The notes below the pieces were generated by a model. That model had not been told where the DNA came from and made no database searches. It saw nothing but the letters and a program-made list of their open reading frames with translations. A stretch of DNA of 64,000 nucleotides. Source: Felis catus (taxonomy: Eukaryota). The stretch covers positions 217,250,001 to 217,314,000 of the forward strand of contig NC_058368.1 of the NCBI RefSeq assembly GCF_018350175.1, given 5' to 3'. Below are positions 38,690 to 52,006 of the stretch, one piece after another (position 1 is the first letter of the stretch; every line of letters starts with the position of its first letter). Both the position numbers and the translations under genes were made by a program.

Positions 38690-39430
38690 TATTTGTTTTA
38701 AATTGTGGCAAAATGCACATCACATTTACCATTTAAACATTTTCAAGTGTACAGTTCAGTGGTATTAAGTACATTCACATTATCGTGCAAATATTACTAG
38801 CATCCATCTCAGAACTCTTCATCTTGCAAAACTGAAAATCATACACATTAAACAATAGCTCCTCATTCTCCCTTCCTTTCACCTGTTAGCAACCTCCTTT
38901 TTATTTTCTGTTTCTATAAATATGACTACTCTAGGTATCTCATATAAGATGAATCATATAGCCTTTGTTCTTTTGCAACTGTTTTATTTCACTTGACATA
39001 GTATCTTCAAGTTTCATCCCTGTTGTAGCATGAATTGGAATTTCCTTCCTTTGTAAGGTTTCATAATATGCCATTGTATATACGCGCTACAATTTGTTTA
39101 TCCATTCCTCTATGGAGGAATACTTGAGTTGCTTTTGGCTATTGTGAATAATGCTATTAGGAACATAAGTGTACAAATAGCTTTTCAAGATCTTGCTTTC
39201 CATTTGGGGGAGTATATACTCAGAAGCAGACGTGCCAGATTATATGGTGATTCTACTTTTAATCTGAGGAGGAACAGCCATACTGTTTTCCTTAGCAGCT
39301 GCACCATTTTATATTCCCACCAGTTCAGCAGGGTTCTTATTTCTCCATATCCTTGTCTACACTTATTTTCTATTCTTGTTTTGTTTTGTTTTCCTATAGC
39401 AGACATTCTAATGGGTAATGAGTGTGAAGT
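38690..39430 (-). mobile_element. L1MB-like 3' end
   Basis: aattgtggcaaaatgcacat...aagtgtacagttcagtggtattaagtacattcacattatcgtgcaa...agcagctgcaccattttatattcccacca. Confidence 0.9.
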
Positions 39431-39454
39431 TTTTTTTCTTTTAATATGTCCCAG

Positions 39455-39546
39455 TTTTTTTGAAATTTTTTTGAAATTTTGAAATTTTTGAAATTTTTTT
39501 GAAATTTTTTGAAATTTAAAAATTTTTAAATTTGAAATTTTGAAAT
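39455..39546. repeat. (T4-7 GAAA)n minisatellite-like array
   Basis: tttttttgaaatttttttgaaattttgaaatttttgaaa... Confidence 0.9.
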
Positions 39547-40242
39547 CTTTCTCCCAGAAATGAGAAAGAGGATTGAACAACAGATATAGACATTGCAAAT
39601 TATAACACCCCCCACTTTGACATTTATAAACCTGATGGGCTAATTTCTTCATTAGGTTTCTTCTCAGTACTTTTGTTTTTATCTAAGTCATCTCTCATTT
39701 TGCTAATTTCTTCTGTATTTCTTATTTTACCAATTTCTCTTTTGTTGTGGGAATACATGCATAACATAAAATATTGCCATTTTAATTATGTTATGTGCAC
39801 GGTTGGGTAGCATTAGGTACATTAACATTTCTGTTGCAAGTGTTATTTTTAATATTATAAGAAACAATGCACAAGTGCTTAAAATAATATAATTATAAAA
39901 GAAAACTAATCCTCTTACTACCTCCATTATTCTTTCCGCCTCACACATCTTAGCCCTAACACATTTTTTCCACCATACTTAAGAATTTGTATTTCAATAT
40001 CCTTTAGTGGCTAGGTAACATTATAATCAAAACTCTATATTCACAAATCCCTAATAGTTCTTCAATAAACTAAGAAATATGATGAAAAACAAAACATGAA
40101 AATCTAATCAATTCAGTTTCTCCCTAAAGAAAATTACTTTTAATGTTTTATGACTTCCTTTTATCTCATTGTGTGTGTTTTTGTTTGTATCTTTATTATT
40201 TACATTATCATACTCTTTTGGGTTCCTGGAATGAATTCCAAA

Positions 40243-40788
40243 GTGTGTTAGGTGGGACAGAGGTCCGAGGGGCTTCTGCACACAACAAACATTTCCCGGG
40301 ACACCAGCAGAGTATCTGAGAATCAACCCAGTTCTGACACTATTTACCCAGAGACTGCATCGGAATCCACATGTTAAAGGTTTAGTCCCACAAAACTGTC
40401 CCCACCCACTTCATATATCAGTCACAAGCCCAGGTTATTCCTTGTACTTCTGACCCAGCTGGCTATAGAAGCAAGGTTCTTACAACCCCTGTCTTGGGTT
40501 TAATTTGCTAGAGCAGCGTATAGAACTCAGAGGAATATTTTCTTATTAGATCACTGGTTCATTAGAAAAGAATATACACTCCGGAAACATCCAGAGGAAA
40601 GAGATGTATAGGGCAAGGTATGGGGAAAGAACGTGGAACTTTCATGCCTTCTTCAGACATGTCACTGTCTCCCACATTGTGTTCACCAGCCCAGAAGCTC
40701 TCTAAATCCCACCCTTTTAAGTTTTATGGAGGCTTCAATTACATATGCATAGTTGATTAACTGCCATTGGCAAATGATTCAATCTCTA
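40243..40788 (-). mobile_element. MER21-like LTR (partial)
   Basis: ggacaccagcagagtatc...ttctgacactatttacccagag...agtcccacaaaactgtccccacccacttca...taatttgctagagcagc. Confidence 0.8.
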
Positions 40789-40945
40789 GCTCAGGTCATG
40801 TTCTCACAGTTCATGAGTTCGAGCCCTGAATCAAGCTCCGCACTGACAGTGCAGGCCTGCTTAGGATTCTCTCTCTACCCCACTTCCCTGCTCACTCTCT
40901 CTGTCTCTCAAAACAAATAAAAAACTTCCAAAAAATTTTAAAAAA
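40786..40945 (+). mobile_element. 5'-truncated Can-SINE fused to the MER21 remnant
   Basis: Starts agctcaggtcatgttctcacagttcatgagttcgagccc; no A-box head. Confidence 0.88.
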
Positions 40946-41482
40946 TGATATTAAAACAAAATTATTCTAAACAATCTAACTTAAAATATGTTCTCTTAGC
41001 AATGTTTTCTCTATATTGTAAACATTTCTGCTAAAATTTCTTCTAATATTCAAAGGCTTTTTATTTGATGTGTGATAATTTGGTTAAGCTTCTCTTTTTA
41101 AGCTTTTTGGTTAAGCTTTCAACTGGCAATTGCTATTTCATATGAGAGGAGAACCCAGCTACATTCTTCCTCCGAATGTGTAGACAACTTTCTAAGCAAA
41201 GTTTATTCCATATCTGATTTGTTTAGTCTGCAAATTTGAGACATCACCCTTGATATATGTTAAAATTACATTCATATTAAATATGCTTTTTGTCTTCCAA
41301 AAATTTGCATAATTTATAATTCTAGCTGTCTTAAAATCACAAGATTTCAATTAGTATGTCTTTTTTTTTAATTTTCCATCTAGTATGGCAAGATCTCCTC
41401 CATTATTTTCCCTTTTGTATTTGTCTTTAATATTCATCTTGGACTCTGGAGTTGGAACAGTTGTTTAAGACTGTTAGTTGGT

Positions 41483-41700
41483 TGGGGCATGTTGGTGGTT
41501 CCATCGGTTGAGCATCTGACTCTTGATTTTGGCTCAAGTCATGATCTCACAGTTCAGCTCATGAGTTCCAGCCCCACATCAGATTTTGTGCACTGATTTC
41601 TCAGAGCCTGCTTGGGATTCTCCCTGTCTCCCTCTCTCTCTACGCCTCCCCTACTCATGCTCTTTCTCTCTCTCTCTCTCTCAAAATAAATAAATAAACT
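41483..41700 (+). mobile_element. Can-SINE
   Basis: SINE body; TSD ttagttggt. Confidence 0.93.
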
Positions 41701-42194
41701 TTAGTTGGTATACTCACGAATTTTTTTATTTGGATAAGTGTAATAAATATATCATATATATACTGAAAACAAAACAATAACTATATATATATATCCTTTA
41801 ATTAACTCATACTTTCATTAATTCACAAATAGTTACTGCTTTTTCTATGCATATTATATACACTGAGAATACTGAGATAGTCAAACAGTTCCACTCTGTT
41901 TCAAGATACTCAGTGTGAAATGAAATAAACTTTGCAACATAGGCGCGTGCACACACACACACACACACACACAAACATACATTTACTTATTTAATATAGT
42001 AGTAAGATGCCAGCTATAAAATAAGAATACACAATATAATAAAGACTTGGACAAAGTGGCAATTTTTGATAGTAATGTCAGGGAATAGTTTGTTTGAGGA
42101 CATGATATTTGAGCTAAAATTTTATGGATGAAAGGAGACGACTGCATAAAGATCTGAGTAAACTTTAATGGTCATTAGTCTAAAAAAATTCTTT

Positions 42195-44160
42195 AACTTC
42201 CACTTATAGTTATGACAGATGAGCTTATGTCAGAACAACCTTCCAAACTGATTATATAAACAGCATAAAATGCATGAAACAGCTGCTTAAAGTCATGGAA
42301 GAGCAATCAAGGAGGCAGGATTTTAGGATCTGATTTGAGGGAGAAGAGAAGAAAGTTTACGTGATCACTTTTTTCCCCATTGCGTTAACTGACTCATAGG
42401 TGTGTGAGACCTAGAAGCTGAGAAAGAAGTCTCAGCTCAAAGCTCTCTGCGGTCTTGTGGGTGAGGGAAGAGAGGAATTGGACTTCAGTTTTCTAAAGAC
42501 TGCCAGTAGAATGAGCCAGTCTGAAAGAAAAAGTATTATCAGAAATGTGTCAGAGACTTTTGCTTAATTTTCCATTCAAAGCATTTTCTAGATCTTATGG
42601 TGTATAGGACAAAAGGCAAATAAGCCAAGCAGAAAATAGAAAGTGAAGTCAAAAACCAAAGCAGATCTTGAACAGTCTTATTGTACAGGAAACAAAAATT
42701 GCAAATTCAAGAATCAGCAATGAATAAGGGCCATGGTATGTGTTCTAGGCTTGCGGTTGAGATGCCTAAAAGGATATACCCGTGAACTACACACAAACTA
42801 GACTTAGAACCACCTCCACGAAGATCAAAATCCATCTCTAAGACATCCCAAACCATGACTAGACCAAAGAGAAATGCCTTATTCTGCTTTCCTCTAGTTG
42901 CTGGCAAGGCTAAGAAAAAATTATTCAGGCACTTGCTGAAGAATAACAAGGCAATTTTTATTCAAAGAGACAACAATTGGTTTTTATAGTATGAAAGAGA
43001 AATGAAGCTCTGAGTACACTAAGGAAAAAAATGGTAATTTATCACCAAATGGCAGAATGAGAAGAAATCATTGGATGGAGAATTAGTAAGAGAAACAACT
43101 AGGTAAGGGAGGATTCTGGTTAAACTGACTTGAGATTCTTGCTAAACGTGGACTCTAGGTGAACAGAGATAGAAGCCCGAGGCTGAGACTAGTCAAGTAG
43201 AGAGCTCAGAGGAGCCTGAATAAAGTTTGATCAAGGAGAAAATGTTTGTCACCAGAAAATGTGGAAACTATTTTCTAGAAACAGATAAAGTCATATAGAG
43301 CCTCGACATTGCTTTTGTACATAGTGCAAAAGTGAACAGACAAAACCAATGAGAAAAATTAAAAAGAAAAAGATGAAAATTGGAAAGTAGACACAGAACC
43401 AAGGCAATTTCAGATATTGATATGTCAAAAACTTTAAATTACAATGATTTGTATGCTCAAAAAACAGATGCTAAAAAGGGAAATGTCATTAAAATATCAA
43501 AATGAGTAAATAAAAGATGAAATGAAAATATTAGATTTGAAAATTATAATTAAAATTAAGAATTCAATATACCAATTAAATGGTCAAAAGGAAGATTTGT
43601 GACCTGGATGGTACATCAGTGGAAAACATCCACACTGAAACACAGCCAGAAAAGAATGGAAAATACAGAGAAGGATGTGAGATCCACAGAGTATCGTCAA
43701 AGTTCTGATGTATACAGCATGGCCATCTCCAGAGGACAAGAGAGACATAATGGAGAAAACATGTTTGAAAAAATACTGGCTGAGACATTTTCAAAAATGG
43801 TGAAATACATTAATCCTCAGGTAGAAGCTCTGTGTGCCTTTCAGAATATGAATTCCCAGGAAATCTTAATGAGAAACATTATTGTTTGACTGTAGAATGC
43901 CAAAAACAAAAATAAAACTCAAAGACAGTTAGTGGAAACCACAACAATGGATTATTTTTTAAAAATCAGTAATGAGAGAGACATGACTTAGACAAAACCT
44001 TAAAAAATTATCTCAAATGAGTGGAAAGAACAGAAGAACTAATTTAGATTTCTGTATTCAGCTAATATGATTTATAATGAAGGCAAAAAAATGTGCTAAT
44101 GTAAATAAAACCTGATAGACGTTCTGTTTCTGAGCCTCATTCAAAGAATACGAACATATG
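42195..44160 (+). mobile_element. Ancient L1M/HAL1 5' region and decayed ORF1
   Basis: Peptide FEKILAETFSKMVKYINPQVEA (~43765) resembles L1 ORF1 FEEIMAENFPNLMKDINPQIQEA; A-rich coiled-coil-like coding upstream. Confidence 0.7.
42905..43251 (-). mobile_element. MER31-like ERV1 solo LTR nested in the old L1
   Basis: Minus-strand start tgacaaacattttctccttgatcaaactttattcaggctcctctgagctct matches the recalled MER31 5' end. Confidence 0.75.
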
Positions 44161-44865
44161 AACTAAAAAAAACACACAGTTCTTTAATTTTTTATGTATG
44201 TGTATACTAGTATTAATAGTCCAAATATAGATTCAACCCATATTTTCATCAATAGTATAATACTACATAAATAGAAGAATAGTTATACAATGTCTTCATC
44301 TGTTTTCGGGCTAATCCAGACTGAGTTCAGCGGGAGTGGCTATCTCTACTTCACGTTTTTCAAATCTTTCTTCTCCAAGATAGCTTGCCCTAGCATATTT
44401 TTCTCATGTCAGTGGAAGTCTACACACAAGTGTTTTTCAAACCATTATGTCAGGGCCGCAAACATGGCCAAAGTAGGTATTTTAGCTGACTCAAAGACTC
44501 TTTGGTAAGAGCAGCTATAAAGACACCTACTGAGGGGCGATGATACAAATAGCATTGAATAAGTTGAATCTGTAGAGTAATCTAGCTTAACGTAATTCAT
44601 TTTTTTCTTTAATTTATAAAAAATAATTCCCTGATTAGCTGGAGGCATAGAAGAATTATGGTTCTGTCAAATGTAGGTAAGTTCAAATTTGTAACATTTG
44701 TGAAGCGTTTATAATCTTAGACATGATTTTCACAACTCTATCCTCATTACTGACCTCAGGAATAGAGTATGACATGAAAATTCCTTAAATACTTAAATCA
44801 AAGAGATTTATATACCATACCCACCATTTTCCCCTTTTCTATAGGAAAAATGACAGATTTGTTTT

Positions 44866-45619
44866 GAAAATTTTAGTTAACACACAGTACAATACAGATT
44901 TCAGGAGTAGAACTCAGTGATTCATCACTTATGTACAATACCAGTGATCATCACAACAAGTGACCTCCTTAATACCCATCACCTATCCAGCCCATCTCAC
45001 ACCCACCTCCCTCCATCAACCCTCAGTTTGTTCTTCATCGTTTAGAGTCTCTTGCATGTTTCCCTCTCTCCTCTCCTCGCCCTGCCACTTCCCATATATT
45101 CATCCATATATGAGCGAAATAATATAATTTTTGTCTTTCTCTGATGGACTTACTTCGCTTAGCATAATACATTTCAGCTCTATCCACGTCATACCAAATG
45201 GAAAGATTTCATTCCTTTTGTAAGTAACATTCTATTGTATTAATATACCATTTCTTCTTTATCCATTCATTAGTTGATGGACATTTGGGCTCTCTCCATA
45301 GTTAGGCTATTGTTGATAATGCTGCTATAAATATTGGGATGCCTGTACCCCTCCAAATCTGTATCTTTGTATTCTTTGCATAAATACATAATAGTACAAT
45401 CGCTGAATCACAGGATAGTTCTACTTTCAGTTTTTTGAGGAATCTCCATACTGTTCTCCAGAGTGGCTGCACCAGTTTCTATTCCTAACAACAGTGTAAG
45501 AAGGTTACCCTTTCTCTGCATTCTCACCAGCACCTGTTGTTCCTTGTGTTGCTAATTTTAGCTGTTCTGACAGGTGTGAGTGAGGTGGTATCTCATCATG
45601 GTTTTTATTTGTATTTCCC
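44866..45619 (-). mobile_element. Carnivore L1, 3' segment of a twin-primed insertion
   Basis: tagttaacacacagtacaatac...ccatcaaccctcagtttgttc...catggtttttatttgtatttccc. Confidence 0.92.
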
Positions 45620-46317
45620 AAACTGGACTGCTTTCTTATACCTTATACAAAAAAGAAATTCAAAATGGATGAAAGTCGTAAACGTGAGGCAGGAAGTCAT
45701 CAAAATCCTAAGAGGAGAACACAGGCAGCACCCTCTTTGACCTCAGACAAAGCAACTTCTTACTAGACATGTTGCTAAAGGCAAGGGAAACAAAAACAGA
45801 CATGAGATATTGGGACTTCATCAAAGTAAAAAGCTTCTCGGGACATCTGGCTGGCTTAGTCAGTTAAACATCTGACTCTTGATTTCAGCTCAGGTTATGA
45901 TCTCATGATTTGTGAGATCAAGTCCCAATTTGGGCTCTGCACTAACAGCATGGAACTTGCTTGGGATTCTCTTTTTCCCTCTCTGTCTTCCCCTTCCCTG
46001 CTCTCTCTCGCATGTCCATGTTTATTCTCTCTCTCTCTCTCTCTCTCTCAAAATAAATAAATATACATTTATATTTAAATAAATGTGTTTCTATGCAATG
46101 AAGGAAACAACAACAAAACTAAAAGGCAACTGAGGGAATGGGAGAAGATATTTGTAAATGACATATCTGATGAAGGGTTAGTATTCAAATTCTATAAAGA
46201 AGTTATCAAACTCAACACCCAAAAACCAAATAACTCAGTTAAGGAATGGGCAGAAGACATGAACAGACACAAAGAAGACATCCAGATGACTAGCAGACAC
46301 ATGAAAAGATGCTCAAA
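45620..46317 (+). mobile_element. Carnivore L1, inverted 5' segment of the same insertion
   Basis: aaactggac...aattcaaaatggatgaaag...cacatgaaaagatgctcaa, ending just before the L1 position where the minus segment starts. Confidence 0.9.
45840..46083 (+). mobile_element. Can-SINE nested in L1
   Basis: gggacatctggctggcttagtcagttaaacatctgactcttgatttcagctcagg...aaataaataaa. Confidence 0.93.
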
Positions 46318-46330
46318 ATGACAAATTCTT

Positions 46331-46771
46331 TTTTTTTTTACTTCATTTTCTTTTTCTTTTTCTTTTTTATTTTTTTTTAATATATGAAATTTATTGTCAA
46401 ATTGGTTTCCATACAACACCCAGTGCTCATCCCAAAAGGTGCCCTCCTCAATACCCATCACCCACCCTCCCCTCCCTCCCACCCCCCATCAACCCTCAGT
46501 TTGTTCTCAGTTTTTAACAGTCTCTTATGTTTTGGCTGTCTCCCACTCTAACCTCTTTTTTTTTTCCTTCCCTTCCCCCATGGGTTTCTGTTAAGTTTCT
46601 TAGGATCCACATAAGAGTGAAACCATATGGTATCTGTCTTTCTCTGTATGGCTTATTTCACTTAGCATCACACTCTCCAGTTCCATCCACGTTGCTACAA
46701 AAGGCCATATTTCATTTTTTCTCATTGCCACGTAGTATTCCGTTGTGTATATAAACCACAATTTCTTTATC
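46331..46771 (-). mobile_element. Young 5'-truncated L1_Fc-type element
   Basis: aatatatgaaatttattgtcaaattggtttccatacaacacccagtgctcatccc...; ORF2 end YVAMRKNEIWPFVATWMELESVMLSEISHTEKDRYHM; TSD gacaaattctt. Confidence 0.95.
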
Positions 46772-47124
46772 GACAAATTCTTAATCTCATGTACATCCAA
46801 CCTCAATTTATCTGTTTAAATTTCCTTTTACTTATCCGTATAAATTACTCAGTCAATTGATGATACCTTTTTTCATATATAAAAAATTACTAAACTTTTT
46901 ACATCAACATGAAAACATCAAGTTTTCTCTCTCGTTTGTCTTTGTGCTTGTGTGAGTGTGAGGGTGTATTTGTTCATCTATCTCCAGTCTAGAATGTCAT
47001 TAACATTTTACACAAGTTAGATCCAATCACATACTGAAAATTCTAGGTGAAGGTCCCCTCAGCTCCTAAGGAACTATTTGTACAAAACTAGTTCAGTATT
47101 TATTACCACATACTTGTTATTGCT

Positions 47125-47175
47125 GTTTATTTTTCTTTGACAGACAGAAAGACCAGAGGAGAGGGGCATAAGGAG

Positions 47176-47216
<41 letters not shown>

Positions 47217-47338
47217 CTCATGTAGGCTCCATGCCTTGTGTGGAGCCCCACATGGAGCTCCATTCCACAATGCAATGGTCATGACCTGAGCAGAAATCAA
47301 GAGTCAGATGCTTAACTAACTGAGCCACCAGGTACCCC
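47125..47338 (-). mobile_element. Can-SINE with (GA)n
   Basis: catgacctgagcagaaatcaagagtcagatgcttaactaactgagccaccaggtacccc; TSD tattgct. Confidence 0.92.
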
Positions 47339-48711
47339 CCAACTATTGCTATTTTTTGAATATTATTAAATGACATCATTACTCATCAAATTTTCTAATA
47401 AATTAATTATTAAATTTTTCTTCTCCTCAACTAGTGAATTGCTGAAAACAATTTAATTGACAAGAGTTAATAAAAGGTACCCATTCTCTCCTGTTAACCC
47501 TTTGTTCAATTAATGATCTTATCATCCAATCTGCTATATTCAATTTGCCATCTCTAATGCATTCTTCAAATTGATCCCCACATGATCTTTCCAAGACACC
47601 AATTTTGTCATATTTTTGAAGTCTCAGCTCTATTAATGTAAAGCAATCTATTATCTAGACTCTGCAGTCATTTAACATCTTTCCTATCTCACTACCTGTA
47701 TATAATTCTGATCCCAAATGATTTGATTAGATGGCACTCTTTGCACTTACATTACCCACAAAATAACTCTATTTGCATTAATTCATAATTACTCACTTAT
47801 ACCACATTGGAAAGTAAGTAATTTTGTGTGTAGAATAGGGAGTGGTAAGACAGGGAGACAGAAAAGGAGGAAGAGGAGGAGGAGAAGAAGAAAGAGAAAG
47901 ACAAGGATAAGGAGAGAAGTAAGAGAAGAGGAGATGGGAGAGATGGGAGGAGAGAAGGAAAGAGACAATGCCCAGTGAAGAAGTTTTGTCCTAACCACTG
48001 CTGCTTAGCAGCTTGCAGAAGGCCTAAAGTAGAAACATGCTTTGGATTGTCTGTTGTCTACTTAGCACCTTCACCATTGTCTTTTTAAGTCACTTCTGCA
48101 TTCCCAAAAGGAATATGGAAATTCCATTTTACAGAATTTCTCTCCCTTGTTGCCATGTTAGAGAAGAGAAATTCATGGGGGAGTGGTAGACAAAATGAAA
48201 AACTATTATTCTACGAAGTAATTGTTGCCAGACATAGGGACATATTTAAGTTCGACAAACCTTCAAGGGTGCTATTAGAGCAACTTCCATTTTCTTCCTG
48301 GAGATACTTGGTGAAAATGTTCTCAAAAATTCTTAAGAACTGCATGCTTTTCTAAAAAAAACAATGCATTAGGCTGAGGTTTTCACAGTCTGGTTCTATG
48401 ACCTGGAGGCTGCTACTTCCTTGATTTTTCTTGATGCATGACTTGGTATATTTCCTTCACATGTGATTTCTCTAAACTGTATTTCAATTCCTGCAAAGTT
48501 TTATTAACCACGACTCTTATACTATAGAGCAAGTGAGTATTTAGTTTTCCTTTTTGAGCTTAAAATTATACAAATAGTTTCTCAAATAAATTATTTTACA
48601 TTGAACTAAGCTATTCTGTCCTTATCAAAAGTTTGGTATTATCATACTTGGTATTAGTGCGTGATTAATCCAGAGATAGTAAAAATGTTAAGGTATGTAT
48701 GCATGTGTATG

Positions 48712-48774
48712 TAGATAGATAGAATTTAGATTAGATAGATAGATAGATAGATGATAGAGATAGAAAGATAGATA
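48712..48774. repeat. (GATA)n imperfect microsatellite
   Basis: tagatagatag... array. Confidence 0.85.
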
Positions 48775-49136
48775 CTCTTTTAAATTTCAGTTCCTGATTA
48801 GACACTAAAAACAATAACTTAAATTATTTTAGTCTATAGCTAAATTGAAACATTGATACAATCACGTAACATTTCATTTAATAATCATTGACATTTTGTA
48901 CTTAGACATTGTAACTCCATAATTTATAATGAATATAACACTATACAGCTTTTTTATTAAGCATAAACTTCTAGAAAGTAGTATATTACAAAGTAAAATA
49001 ACATTTAACATATCAACCTGGTAATTCCTGAAGTTTTATATTGTGAGCACCTTAATTTTATTATCACTATGATTATTTGCCGGACACTTATGTATTCACA
49101 CTTTATCACCAATAAATCTTCAGACATAGCTAGGCA

Positions 49137-49671
49137 TGTTGGGCAGAATAATGATACTCTTCCCTCCACAATATTGTCCATATATATATATATTTTTTTT
49201 TTTTAATCTCTGGAACCAGTGAATATATTAGGTCACAAGACAAAAAGAATTAAGGTTGCAGATGGAATTAAAGTTGTTAATCAGCTGATGTGGAAATGGT
49301 GGTATTATCCTGGATCATCAAAGTGGTCTTAATGTAAGCATAAGGAGCCTTGTAAATGCACAAGGGATGCAGGAGAGAGAGAGAGTCAAAGAGATGGCAA
49401 CATGAGAAGGACTTGATCTGACTTTGTTGGCTTTGAGTATGGAGGAATGGGACCACACACCATGAATTGGCTCCTAAGATCTGGAAAACAAGCATAAAGG
49501 ATTTTCCCTGAGAGCATCCAGAGGGAATATAGCCCTCTATAAATCTTGAATTTAACCCAGTTAGACTTATTTGACACTTTTGGCTTCCAGAATTTTCAGT
49601 AATCAATTTGTGTTGTTTTAAGCTCTGAAGGTTGTTGCAACTTGTTATTACAGAAATAGGAAACTAATAAA
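49137..49671 (+). mobile_element. MLT1C/D MaLR solo LTR
   Basis: tgttgggcagaataatg...gaattaaggttgcagatggaattaaagttgttaatcagctga...aaataggaaactaataaa. Confidence 0.9.
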
Positions 49672-52006
49672 ATAGGATGTATTCAGAGTGCATAAAATCA
49701 TATACAAGTGCCACCAATAACATTGAAGTACTTTTTGAAACCACTAAATATTCAAGACACATAAGATACTGGCCAATGAAGATGAATGAAAGGCATGAAT
49801 GAAAGTGCAATATGTAGCCCTTTGCATTAAATATTTCTCCTAATGTGCATAGATTGTTAAAATAATGTATAACTGGTCAATTCTGCAGGATGAAATTGAG
49901 TTTAGATTGAGTGGAATGACATTTGATTTTAAAATTGTGTATTTCCACTTTAGCATATTTCCAGAAAAAATAAATTAGCATCCACTTCTTTAAAAGTCAC
50001 ATATTTTTTAAAAAAGTTAAATAAAAACAGCTATTTTAAATGAATTTATTTTTTATTATGTGCCCCAAATTAACATATCTTATTACTAAAATTGATATGT
50101 ATTTCACTAAATTATGGAGGTACTATCATTAAATTCTCATTTTCATCATGTTATATGTGTGCGTTTGGCCAAACTGAGACATAATGGTAGAAACTAATCT
50201 ATGTATGTTACCAAACATTTGGTTACACAATCAAATTTATAATTATGGGAAAAAAGTATATGAATGAAAGAAGTAGTTTATGATAATAGGTGCACTCAGC
50301 CTGGGAAATAAAGTGGTAGAAAACAATACCATACATTTGTAGTATAATGGAGATTTTTTTTCCCTCTGTTCAGGTTATTTCACTATAGCAGTATAAGTAC
50401 AGTAGTGCATTAGAGCCATATTTGCATTTCATTAGACCATGCAAATAATGATAAAAATTAAACAAGAGAAACAAATGGAAATAGTGCTCTATAATTTAAA
50501 AAGAAATGTCTCTACAAATTTTATCTCATAAATTTCTAATTTAACCAATTTATAGGATTAAAAAAAAACATATCTCCATGAATTAACAGAAAGAAAAAAA
50601 AATCTAATCTCTATGTTAACCTTCTATTTTATTACTGGGCTTACAACTATTGTATCCATTGTTATTAAATAACTTCAATGAAAAATATAGCTTCTTTGTA
50701 GCATGTGATTTTGTAAAGCAAGCCAAACAAAATTCATTTGGACATAACCTCAGAGTTTCAAAACAATACATTTCCTAGTTCAATGATATCTTACACCATA
50801 CCTTTCTTACATTTAATTTTGTCCTCTCCAATATTTCTTTGACAAGTAGTTTCATGAAAACATTTCATTTCACTTCTCTGGAAACTACTGCTAACAACAT
50901 GCAAACTCCTTAGTTTAAGACCCATTTACATCCTTCTCACCAGTCTCCCTTCTCAAACTCTGCACTTCAACCAGGAAATTATGGCAACCCCAAGTATGTT
51001 ATCTTTCACCTCTTATTCTTATGCACGTGCTCTTGCTGTTGCCTATTAAATGACTTATCGTCACCTACATGCATTCTTAATCTGAACCTGCTGAGATCAA
51101 ATTTCTTACTGGCACTGTATTCATGATTCTATTTTTCTCTTATGTTTTTATGTTTAGTTACAACAAAATCTACCAATTCTTCTAATTCTGTTTTATATCG
51201 GATAGGAAATCCTTCCCCTAATCCTAGGGATACAATCACTAATTTCAATGTAGACTTCCTGAAAAATTAAACCAAAATATTGGCATTATTTAATTTATGA
51301 CTGAGTATTTTGTATCAAAAAGAGCATGTACATTTTATTTATTTGATATTCTTAAGAAAATTTGTTTTCACAAAGTTATGAAAGACTGTTGGCAGATATG
51401 CAATTATGCTTTAAATGTTTGAAATTCTACTTTAAAGAAATTTTCAGAAATTTCTGCCTTAATCTGGTCGGTAAATACATCATACAAGTTTTCTCATGCA
51501 AAGAAAGATATATTAGGGTTGAGATAAGACCGTGTAAAATTTTCTAAAATATGTATTTTATCTTACTACTTTATCTAACTTAAGCAATATTACTTGTACT
51601 TACAACCTTCCTAATATGTTCTACAATGCAAGAAAACTCTTGTGGAATCTTGGAGCACAAGACACGTGCTTAAAAGAGGACTAAAAGAATTGGGTGAATT
51701 TATCCTTAGTAGACAAGATTGGAGAGAATTTAATGAGTAGCTAGGGAGGATCAGACCTAGCTTCATTTTCATTCTGTTACGTATCAGAATTTTTTTATAT
51801 TATAACTTACAGATTCTTTTTCTATCTAAGTTTTCCACCTTATGTTATTTTAGCCTCCATGATTTCTACATAATTAATATTAAGAAAATGCTTAAATAAA
51901 ACAAAAGCAACAAACATCTAACCTCATAAAATGCCAAATGAATGGTAGAAAACAAGAAATTAGGTGAATACCATTTTATACCACTCCTGTCAAAGATGAA
52001 AAGTGA

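Noticed and set aside
39129..39652. 117-aa and 155-aa ORFs
   Set aside because: Old L1 sequence plus a T/GAAA low-complexity array.
47855..47965. Hydrophobic minus-strand ORF over a GA-rich tract
   Set aside because: Low-complexity purine run; not a transmembrane exon.
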